This document shows positions 54,635 through 63,839 of a stretch of 64,000 bases of DNA, piece by piece. This DNA comes from Macrostomum lignano (lineage: Eukaryota): NCBI GenBank assembly GCA_002269645.1, contig NIVC01000753.1, positions 366,979 to 430,978 of the forward strand, read 5' to 3'. Below the pieces are notes generated by a model, which saw only the letters and a list, made by a program, of their open reading frames with translations, was not told the DNA's origin and did not search any database. Positions within the stretch are counted from its first letter, which is position 1, and every line of letters starts with the position of its first letter. A program made the position numbers and the translations under genes.

Positions 54635-55624
54635 TTAGTCCGACCTATGTTTAAAATGCAGTACGACAACAACGTGTGCTCCCGGATCAAAATTAAACGG
54701 TTTTCCGCGCTGGTCCGATAGTCGAATCGAAATCTCGTGAATTTGTTGTCGATTTGTTTTCAAGTAGTAGGGTGTTTGCAATGCACTGCTATCGCGTATA
54801 AGTTCTCCGTTTTTCTTTTGTTGGAGTTCCACAACTCGAAGCAACGGTACTGATGTACTTCCCACTGCTTGATACTCGATTATATCTGTGTAACAGTACA
54901 TGTAAACCGTTTTACTAGGCATCGGAGAAGGTAGCACAGCATCCAAGTAGGTTTTGTTAATGCGCCAAACACGATTTCTCAACCAATATTGGTGTACTTT
55001 GATGTACACTTCTCCTTCCGTTTTTCGAAGATAGTCTCCATGCGAAACAAGTCGTATAGCTTCACCAGGCGATAGAACACAATAAAAAACATAATAGTTC
55101 TCAGGTACTAGCGCTAGAGTATTGTCGAGACTTTTTATCAAATCCAAGTATGAACCATCCGGTGGTTGTACACTACCAGCGGCAGGTTTTGATAATTTTT
55201 CCGAGACAAGTCCAGAAAGTTTCTTCCAAGAGTCAAATTTGAAAGCGTCCATAAATGTAACTGGTAGTTCTAATCCAATAGTTTTTTCGCCTGAATTTCG
55301 TAAAAGCCAGGCAAATTTTTCATCTGTACCAGACGGTTGCCAGGAAACGTAAGCATCCAAGTCTGCCTCTGCCCAAACACGACCCCAATAGTTTTTCTTT
55401 AATCGTATTATTGAGTCAATGTCCGCAAAATATGGAACTTCAAATCGACGCTCACGATGAGCATTTGGCGTCGTAATTGCTCCATGGCACAGTAATTCAA
55501 CTAGTGCAACCTCGAAGAATCCGTTCAATAAATTTATTGGTTCAGTTAGTCGCACTCGAAATTCATTAGGCGAGTTGGTTTCGTAACTGATATCGTTTGA
55601 CGGCAAAAAAACGTAAAAACTCAT
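54635..55624 (-). CDS. Minor capsid protein / penton (329 aa from ATG 55624)
   Basis: MSFYVFLPSN...N....F.V.L..PI.L...FEVALVEL; YCYTDII....VG....PLLRVV; I..I.I.L.D..G....F. Confidence 0.88.
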   Translation of the reverse strand: MSFYVFLPSNDISYETNSPNEFRVRLTEPINLLNGFFEVALVELLCHGAITTPNAHRERRFEVPYFADIDSIIRLKKNYWGRVWAEADLDAYVSWQPSGTDEKFAWLLRNSGEKTIGLELPVTFMDAFKFDSWKKLSGLVSEKLSKPAAGSVQPPDGSYLDLIKSLDNTLALVPENYYVFYCVLSPGEAIRLVSHGDYLRKTEGEVYIKVHQYWLRNRVWRINKTYLDAVLPSPMPSKTVYMYCYTDIIEYQAVGSTSVPLLRVVELQQKKNGELIRDSSALQTPYYLKTNRQQIHEISIRLSDQRGKPFNFDPGAHVVVVLHFKHRSD

Positions 55625-55681
55625 TTTGAAATAAAACACAAACTAATATTGACAACAGTTTATAATTTGCTTATAATAATA

Positions 55682-56371
55682 TTACACAAACTTTGCATCA
55701 CATTCACGAGTATAGACAACTTGTTCATCACCAGAAAATATTCCTGTTCTCAATCGTAAAAAATCTGGTGTCACTTGCCGCAGGTCAATGAATAAATATG
55801 AAAAAGGTTTGTTATTTGTTGCGTCTTCATACACATTCACTAGAAACCTACTATTACGCGGATACATTTGTCGACCGAGATGTTCAACTGTGGTTCGATC
55901 GCGCACACTACGAGTTAGACAAATATAACTAGCTGATAAACTTCGCATGCGTGCTTCTGGATCAGACTTGTTAAAAAGACCTTGACAAAGGTACAGACAA
56001 GTCAAAGGGATATGATGCGCATGCTTTGTAAACATACTAGTAAATTCTGGCAACTTAGCAATCTCGCTTTGCAAGTCGTCAACAACAACCAAATCGTGTG
56101 GTAAAAAACGATTAATCATCTGTGGTGTGAATTCGGGTACAAAAACAATAGGGTCAAGACCGCTTTTTTGCCAGCATGTTCTAATTCGTTGTTGATCGTC
56201 TGGTTTCAAACTTGATCCATGGCACCAAACAAGACGGCACGGTTTTTTATCAAATAATTCTTTTCGTTCAGTCAACAAACGCAACGTCCATTCAGTTTTA
56301 CCCGAGTTTGAAGGTCCAGCAATAATAAATGTAGAATCGTGAGCTAGTTGCATATTGTATGGCTGCTGCAT
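55682..56371 (-). CDS. A32/FtsK-like genome packaging ATPase (~229 aa)
   Basis: Walker A IAGPSNSGKT, Walker B VVVDD, HH, SLSASYI, PFSYLFIDL...LRTGIF. Confidence 0.93.
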   Translation of the reverse strand: MQQPYNMQLAHDSTFIIAGPSNSGKTEWTLRLLTERKELFDKKPCRLVWCHGSSLKPDDQQRIRTCWQKSGLDPIVFVPEFTPQMINRFLPHDLVVVDDLQSEIAKLPEFTSMFTKHAHHIPLTCLYLCQGLFNKSDPEARMRSLSASYICLTRSVRDRTTVEHLGRQMYPRNSRFLVNVYEDATNNKPFSYLFIDLRQVTPDFLRLRTGIFSGDEQVVYTRECDAKFV

Positions 56372-56373
56372 TT

Positions 56374-56817
56374 TCAAGCACCAAAGCGTTGCTTAACTTG
56401 CATAACCTTGGTAACCAACTTCGCAGCTAGTTTTTCTTTCCAACCAGTAGACGGATCGTGGGCAATCTCTCGTGCACCAGATTCTAATAGCTTATCAGCT
56501 TTTAACCTCTCTTGCACGTCAGAATTTTTATCATAGGCCACGTCGTGAAGCATGCACAAATTGTCAAGCCGATTAATTCCTCGTTGTCCTTTTGCTAGCC
56601 TAGCTTGCAGTTGCGTACCTGGACCACAAAACTGATATCCGCCGGGTAAATGTGCTTCAAATGGTAAATGATTAATTAACCAATTTACGACACCATAACC
56701 TTGTTGCTTTTTATTAATCTTTCTAATAGATTTCTTCTTTTTACGAATGCTCTTCTTTTTCTTTTTAAAACCTCGATCTTTCGCTGGAGACATTTTTACA
56801 ACATATATTTTAGGCAT
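56374..56817 (-). CDS. Parvovirus-VP1u-like phospholipase A2 domain protein with basic N-terminus (147 aa)
   Basis: HLPGGYQFCGPGT (Ca-binding-loop-like), NRLDNLCMLHDVAY (catalytic HD), ADKLL. Confidence 0.88.
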   Translation of the reverse strand: MPKIYVVKMSPAKDRGFKKKKKSIRKKKKSIRKINKKQQGYGVVNWLINHLPFEAHLPGGYQFCGPGTQLQARLAKGQRGINRLDNLCMLHDVAYDKNSDVQERLKADKLLESGAREIAHDPSTGWKEKLAAKLVTKVMQVKQRFGA

Positions 56818-56908
56818 AAATTTTTAAAATTGCTTATAGTATTTACAAAGCTCTCGCATAGTGCACCAATCACCAAAGAAAAAAATCAGTTTATTATTAT
56901 TATTATAC

Positions 56909-57391
56909 TTATTGGCCAGTGCTGCCAAAGCCGCCAAAGCCGCGCCGCTTGGTCGGCGGCTCAATCATCCGAATCGAATTGTCTGCTTCAGTCACATAGA
57001 CTGAAGCAAGCACGGCCTGCTCCAGAACCAGTTGTGCAATACTGAGCCCGGCATAGTACTCAAAGTCTTCCGGACTGTAATTAAACAAGACTATACAGAT
57101 TTCACCAGTATAGTCGGGGTCGATTACGCCACCGCCAACAAATAAGCTGTGCAGAGCCATGCTGGAACGTCCCGCTATCCTGCCATAGGTACCAGGCGGT
57201 AAGCGAATTTTGAGTCCGGTTCGCACACTCCGGGACTCGTAGGCCGGAATGGTACCATCGACGCCAGCGCAAAGATCATACCCGATCGACCCGACAGTTT
57301 TTCGGGTCGGAATCGTTGCCGAATCGTATAGACGTTCAACTAAAAGCTTACGATCAGTTAGTTGTTGTTGCTGCTGCTGCTCGGGATTCAT
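56909..57391 (-). CDS. dut: Trimeric dUTPase (160 aa from ATG 57391)
   Basis: All five motifs recognisable: SIGYDL, GRIAGRSS, GGVIDPDYTGEI, IAQLV, RGFGGFGSTG. Confidence 0.95.
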   Translation of the reverse strand: MNPEQQQQQQLTDRKLLVERLYDSATIPTRKTVGSIGYDLCAGVDGTIPAYESRSVRTGLKIRLPPGTYGRIAGRSSMALHSLFVGGGVIDPDYTGEICIVLFNYSPEDFEYYAGLSIAQLVLEQAVLASVYVTEADNSIRMIEPPTKRRGFGGFGSTGQ

Positions 57392-57683
57392 GTCGATTCT
57401 TGTAGCTGAAAGTTTAAAAAAAAGTTTTTTTTCTTGAAACATGAACGATAGCACTACATTTACGTCTACTACAAACACAAGCTTAGTCTTGAGAATCTAA
57501 CTATAAAAAATATACTTTTTCAAATAATTAAACACAAAAAAGTGCTAAAATTATAATTTAAACGAATGCCGGTATCATTTATTTATTGTAAATAATGATC
57601 AATGAAAAAATTAATGATGGGTTACAGTCTTCTATAGCATGCTATTACTTTGTACAACAAAAGAGATCAGAGCATATTGTTAA

Positions 57684-58014
57684 TTAATTAGCCAAGTGCC
57701 AGTGTCCAAAGGGTAGCGAATTAATTGAACTTGTCCAGGATCGCTTCGTATCGAAGAAGCTTAGTGCAAGTTTTCTTTGTTGCATCAAAAAAAACTTTCT
57801 GTTTTCGAGAACGAATGGACTGTATGCGCGAAAACACAAGTTGTCGCTTGTGTAAGACTCTTAAATAGTCTTGATGCTTTAAACTGCTCTGTGCGGCTTT
57901 AGAAGCAGTACTGCTCCAGCTTTGCGACCGATTGAGACTGGAACTTTAAACGATTGCTGCTTAACCAGACCGGACCGGACTGGACCGGACCGGACTGGAC
58001 CGGACTCCCCGCGC

Positions 58015-58046
<32 letters not shown>

Positions 58047-58760
58047 ACCACCACCACCGCCGCCACCACCACCACTGCCGCCGCCCGCCCCCACACCACC
58101 GTGGGACGTATTTGTTGACAGTGTGCTTGCATGGCTTTTGCGATAAACGCAGAGCATCAAGTCTAGCTGCTCGATTGCTCTATATTGCCAATTACTACCT
58201 CGAGATTGAAAATTGTCAATTTTTATTAACAACTGATTAATAACGCGTGCGAACCAGTCATTGTAGGCCTCGGGAGATAACAGCATGTCACTGTTTGTAA
58301 TCGTCTCATCAAATGATATTGTCGCAATGTTGGTATTAAAATAGACCGAAATGATCTCTTCGCTGCTCGAGCCATCGTTGTCGTCTGCTGCTGTTTTCGG
58401 TCGAAATAGTGTCACTTTCAAGTGAAAGCAGACTCTTATTAATAAACTGGGTGAGCCAATTTTTTCCAATATTTTAAATATTGGTTCTCTTAAAGACGCA
58501 ATCAACTCGCCAGGAAGTAACTCGCCAGAGCTGTTGCCTTGTTGTTCAAGAGTGGGAGTAAATTCGACAAAATTTACCCGACCACGATGAGCTGACTCGC
58601 GCAAAGCGATGGACCACCCATCTGGTGGGTTTTCGATCAGGTTTTGCAGCGATCCGGTCAGTAATCGTTGCGGTGAAAAACAAGCACCATGCGAGTGAGC
58701 ATGCAGCTCGGCTTGATTACTGAACTTTTTTCTGCAGATTTGGCATTGTGCACGCGGCAT
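57684..58760 (-). pseudogene. Internally deleted protein-primed DNA polymerase B: C2H2 finger + N-terminal segment fused out of frame to the last ~70 codons
   Basis: CQICRKKF....ELHAH; IDNFQSRGSNWQYRAIEQLDL (GSGW-type motif). After a junction near 57900-57915, other frames read SKAAQSSLKHQDYLRVL...IQSIRS and KLALSFFDTKR....NSLPFGHW*, the typical Polinton pPolB C-terminus. No exonuclease or polymerase motifs A-C are present. Confidence 0.82.
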
Positions 58761-58983
58761 TGTGTGCACCTAGCTCGACAACGAGCGTATCGAGCATAAT
58801 ATTAATAGATGATCCGGTTTGTCATTTGCGGCTGTAAGAAAAATGATGATTTGGTTAGTTATAGGTATAGCTGACACGTTTACTATTAGAGAAAACAATT
58901 GGTAAATAAATAAAAAAAGACAAAATGTTTGTAAAAGAATGCATCGCAACTGCGATTTGACAGCAATTGTTTACTTGTTAAGT

Positions 58984-59541
58984 TTAGTTATTAACAGAGA
59001 TTAAAAAATCCTTGACATGGTTAAGAATATTATTCAATTCATGAGTGTTTTGAACGCCCATAATAACAAACTTTTTCGAAAAAAATATGTTACAAAAAAG
59101 CCTTGGTTTTGATGCTGATCTAACAGAAACTGCTTGTGGGAAATTTTCTGCATCGTATCCAACCAGATAATTCGAATAGTAGCCTGCATATCTTTTTAGA
59201 CTAGAGAAACCGAATTTTGGCCAAAGATGACCAATAAAGCCGACATAGGTACTGCTCTGAATTTTTACTGAATCAAAATCTACACAATTAATAGTGTCGT
59301 TGATAAATCGTAAAACTGAGACTATCTGAGAATTTGATTTACAGCCATATATAGTTAGTTTTCCTGCTGGATAAAGTTGGATTTTAGCATTTGAATAAAT
59401 TGTCTTTAGCATTGTTGGTCGGCTTAGGAATAGTTTGCAAAACCGGTTTCTGGTCTGTAGCTTCTGTTTGGTCTGCTTTAAATCAAATTTTTCAAACGGG
59501 TGCAGCTTCAGACTCGCAGTAACTATTAATAGGACAAGTCG
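58984..59541 (-). CDS. TATA-binding protein (TBP)-like protein; 185-codon open frame after a splice acceptor, first in-frame ATG at 59412
   Basis: Manual alignment to the TBP core: IVTASL..FDLK; AKIQLYPAGKLTIYGCKS (cf. TALIFSSGKMVCTGAKS); DSVKIQS (cf. DFKIQN); YDAENFP...KPRLFCNIFFSKKFVIMG (cf. YEPELFP...KPRIVLLIFVSGKVVLTG). Confidence 0.82.
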   Translation of the reverse strand, partial: RLVLLIVTASLKLHPFEKFDLKQTKQKLQTRNRFCKLFLSRPTMLKTIYSNAKIQLYPAGKLTIYGCKSNSQIVSVLRFINDTINCVDFDSVKIQSSTYVGFIGHLWPKFGFSSLKRYAGYYSNYLVGYDAENFPQAVSVRSASKPRLFCNIFFSKKFVIMGVQNTHELNNILNHVKDFLISVNN

Positions 59542-59751
59542 CTAAAACGGAAAATAAATAATAAGAAAAGTTAAACATGACTATACTATCGTAAATTCTA
59601 ATATTAAATTACAAAACCTGGTTAGCGTACAAGGAGTAGCAAAAAATGTTTTGAGCTTTTCCCTAAAAAATAATATTTCCCTAGCCAAAAATTTGATAAA
59701 TATAGTGGAATAAGTTAGTTAAAACTTGGATAAAATTAGTCAAAAATTTTG

Positions 59752-60950
59752 TTACTCATCATCAGAGCTGCTGTACGAGTCGTCCGATGAAGACACGCTA
59801 GCTGTAGTAGCGTCCGCAGCAGCACGCTTTAAAAATGCTGTCTCCTTGGACGCTACCCTGGTTCCAGAGGCAGGTGTACTCACCAAGATCTTTGCTGGTG
59901 GAGCCTCCACCCAGTCTGTGCCATCTGCACCAGCTTCGGCAGAATTGTTTTGCTGTTTTGCACCGCTGCGTTTTCGAACTTGCTTTTTAGGCGGCGGTTC
60001 AATAGAGGCTGGCGCTGCATTCGATGTAGTCGACTTCTTCGATACGGTGGTGGTAGACCGACGCTTTGCAGGTGACTTGGCAGGTGTCACCTGGCTTGAA
60101 TTCTGCAGGCTTTGTTCATTTGCTTCTTCTTGCTCACAGGTAGATGTTGGGGACGGACTCCTGCTTCTAATTGCTGACTTGGTCGCGGGTAGGTGTGCAA
60201 GCACTCCCTTGAACATGTCGAGGCGCTGCAACATGTTGTCGGAAGATTCTATGAGTGTCAGAGAGCGCACAGCGAATGTAATGCGCCAGACGAGGCAGCC
60301 TTTTGGACAATACAAGCTCGTTGCTTGCACTGTCATTTGGTAGGTACCGCTGACACCTTTGAAATCGGAAATGGACACCTCCTTCCCGTGTGGATGATCG
60401 TTGCTGATCCTGATTGTGGCACAAGGGTAAGCAGGCTTTATAGCCAGCCATTGTTGAGGCACAAACTCGAGGACGTCGTTAGCATGCTGATGAGCTGGTT
60501 TTGTTAGTCGTGCCAAGGGTCGAGCATCTTGAATCTCGTTCAACTTGACCGATAGACCTTTTTCGACTTGACTGCAAAACATTATATAAATTATGAATAT
60601 AGTTTCCTAAAATTAATTGTATAAATTTAATATGGTGCTCACCGGAGAGAGTGGAAGAGTTCCTTATCGCAGCTGTCTGGATGAAATTGGACACTTACTG
60701 CGTCGCGAGAGTCGTGTCTGCAAGACGGATGATCGAGCTCTGGCCTTTCTGCGATTCCACGAAAAAGCTCCATTGGAGCCTTGGTTTGCAATATAATTGG
60801 GTACCATTTTGTACACTCGATTGATGGTTTCCACGCAATAGATCGAAACTGGCAGGACGAACCAGTCGTGGTTGTAGACTGCTCTCCAACGTAAAAAATC
60901 GGACTCGAGTCGGAGCGTACAATTGACTCCGTCTTGATGCAAGCTGCCAT
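59752..60950 (-). CDS. Spliced gene, join(60950-60643, 60571-59752), 375 aa; probable T7 gp2.5/NCLDV-type OB-fold ssDNA-binding protein with disordered acidic tail
   Basis: 71-nt AT-rich intron CG/GTGAGC...TTTTGCAG/T joins two ORFs in frame (308+820 nt = 376 codons). Motifs YPIILQT..M..FRGI and GTYQMTVQATSLY....WRITFAVRSLTLIE, plus the tail SSSDDSYSSSDDE. The SSB call is inference. Confidence 0.72.
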
Positions 60951-61028
60951 GTCTTACAAGCAATTGAATATAGTATTTCTTTTGCTGTAATGATTGAGCT
61001 CATGAAAAATTGACCATTTCGGGTCTTG

Positions 61029-61036
61029 TATTTATA
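61029..61036 (-). promoter_or_regulatory. Candidate TATA box (TATAAATA) ~80 nt upstream of the SSB-like ATG
   Basis: Consensus TATA sequence at a plausible spacing; the region is AT-rich, so chance occurrence is possible. Confidence 0.4.
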
Positions 61037-61639
61037 GCAAGCTTTGCATGCTGTTTGTGAACTAGTAAACAAATTTAATTGTTGCGTGCTGATTAAGACA
61101 TTGTTGCGTGCCAAAGGTGGCATAAGTTTCTAGGGTGGGTTGCATGATTAGGTCTAATTTTACGCAAATGTAGGTTGATATTTTATACAATAAAATTAAT
61201 GAATCTTAGGCACACTAGTTATAAATTTGCAAGAGTAACACGATGGCAAGCGTTTAATAAGAAGACTGCTGGTTGCTGCTTCATTAGATTGGTTTTGTTC
61301 TCAAGTAGAATGTAATTAAAATATTTTGCGACTTGAAAAATTAGCAATCTTGGATTTTAGAGTAAAAATAAGCTGCACGCGGTGCTATGAAATTAATTTA
61401 TTGAAAGTTTTGCTTGCATGTTGGAATTTTTTAGCTCGCACGGTGACAAGAGATTGCTTGAGTAACCTATATATAGAGTGTTACTTTTCAAACAGAAAAG
61501 GTATAGTTGTAACTCAGCTTTTGCAGTCCTATATTGAGCAGAAGCTATATAGAGTTACACTATCATGCTGCGACGCGCAGCTTGTTGGGACTATAATGAC
61601 TGCCGCTGCTATAACCGCATGCAGTCAGTGCAGTTGACA

Positions 61640-62345
61640 CACAAATGCTGTTTGGACTAAGCTAAATTACTGTGTTGAGACAGTTAAGCTGGACCACGGC
61701 TAAATCACTATTGATACGGTTAATTGCTACTAGACCCATGGCTAAATCACTGTACGTTGAGACGGTTAAGCTGGACCACGACTAAATCGCTGTACGTTGA
61801 GACGGTGGTTAAGCTGGACCATGGTTATAAAACTGGACGGGTGGTTAAGCTGGACGACTACAGCTAAAATTACTGTTGAGTCAGTTATGCTAGACCACAG
61901 CAGCCAAATCACAGTTGAGGTAAAGCTGACCATAGCTAATTCTCACTGTTGAGACGGGTGCTGCTGCTTGGCTCACAGCTAAATAACTGGACAGTTAAGC
62001 TAATCGGACTACAGCTAAATCCCTGTTGAGACAGTTGCCTGGACCACAGCTAAAATCACTGTTGAGGCAGTTAAGTCTGGACAACAGCTAAAATTACTGT
62101 TGAGACAGTTAAGCCTTGACTATAGCTAAATCATCGTTGAGGTAGTTAAGCCTGGACTATAGCTAAATCACTGTTGATGCAGTTTTAAGCTAGACCACAG
62201 CTAAATCATACTGCTGAGGCAAAAAAGCCGGACCACGGCTAAAAACTGTTGAGGCAAAAGCTGGACCACAGCTAAATCATACTGTTGAGGCAAAAGCTGG
62301 ACCACAGCTAAATCATACTGTTGAGGCAAAAGCCAGACCATGGCT
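61640..62345. repeat. Degenerate ~35-40-nt tandem repeats inside the Polinton (CTGGACCACAGCTAAATCACTGTTGAGACAGTTAAG-like)
   Basis: About 18 imperfect copies visible. Confidence 0.85.
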
Positions 62346-63839
62346 AAAGAAACGTATGAAAAAAAATTATTTGCATGGATTAATAATTTTTGTTTAATGA
62401 TGACTGTACAAGATATTGACTTTATATTGAATTAAATAATTTCAATAAATGGCGAATAAAATTGAAAGAATTTTTTAGAATAATGAATTTATAGAGATTA
62501 TATTATTGATTACAGACTTGTTTGATATATACTAAAAGAGCAATTACTTGGACACATTGCTGGCAAAATTTTATGAAGAGTTAGAAAAAATGTCTTTTAA
62601 GATAGTCCCAATATTCAAATACTTGAGTTGTATTACAGGTCTTTGGCTAATTCTACTTGGTAGAAGCCTGTGCTCATTTGAGAGACTTTTACAGACTTGA
62701 TGTCCTTCTGTACAATAATTGCGCGAGTTTAGCAGCGCGTTGAACTTGGGTAGAAATAGCAATTGATGATGATGGTTTTCAGTTGCTGTCGTTGGTTTGG
62801 TACTTGTAGGCTACTGCAAGTTTGCTTTGTTGGGTCATTGTAGCTGGTTGTGATGGTGGTGGTGGTGCATACTGCAGTTGGTCAGTTGTCGTGGGTTCGA
62901 TTGCTGCCTAATTGATGAATAACATCAGTTCTTGTGTAAATGCGATCTAGCTCAGTTGTCTGTCTCTCGACATGAATCGAGGTTACTCTGGCGAGAGATG
63001 TAAATATGATGCTCTTGCAGCAGAATTGGATGTGGTGGTGTCGTGGCAAATGCGTTTGCACTGATCTGGAGGTGGCCGCGTGAAGAAACCATTCTTGAAT
63101 GCTATAATAATGGATAAGATGAGGGAAATTTGGTATAGGTGCATGTATACAATGTATATAGAAACTGAACTAAAGAGAATCAGTCTAAACAGAAACCGAA
63201 CTAAGCAGACAATCAATCTAGAAATTCTGACTAGCAGAGTATTAGTCTAAACAGAACCGAACTAGCAGAAATCAATCTAGAGACTGAACAACAGAGGATC
63301 GGTCTAAACAGAAACCGAACTAACAATCAATCTAGAAACTAAACTATAGCGAACAGTCAATCTAAAAAGAAAAACTGAACTAGAGTAGGTGATTATCTTA
63401 CCTTGTTTAACATAGCGCTCGGCCAATTCTGCTGACGTGATCGCTTCATTTCACTTAAGATGTAAGTATAGTTGAACAAGTAGTATAATGTAAACTTGGT
63501 TTAAGTTATTTAATATTTTCTGTGTCAGGTGTTCGTATATATATATATAGTATAAAGAAGAAGCATGTTGACGCAGTTGTTGACATAGTATCTGTAAACC
63601 ATCTGCTCAAGTTGGTGCAAAAATTCTATAGGCACTCAAGAATAGATCATTTACTATCTTTCTTCAAAAGGGTGATAATATTCACAAGTTTTCAATATTT
63701 CAAAAACACTTGAAATGTGTGAATAGCTTTGGAGTAAATTTGTCTTGAATGGAATCCTTTGAAGTGTGTTTGTGTCACCATTGCTAGAATCGGTTACTTG
63801 TATTTTGGACAGGTGGGATATGCAATTCGTCTGAATAAT

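Noticed and set aside
60695-61123. 142-aa ORF overlapping the SSB-like exon 1
   Set aside because: Alternative frame with no motif; the 60950 frame splices correctly into exon 2.
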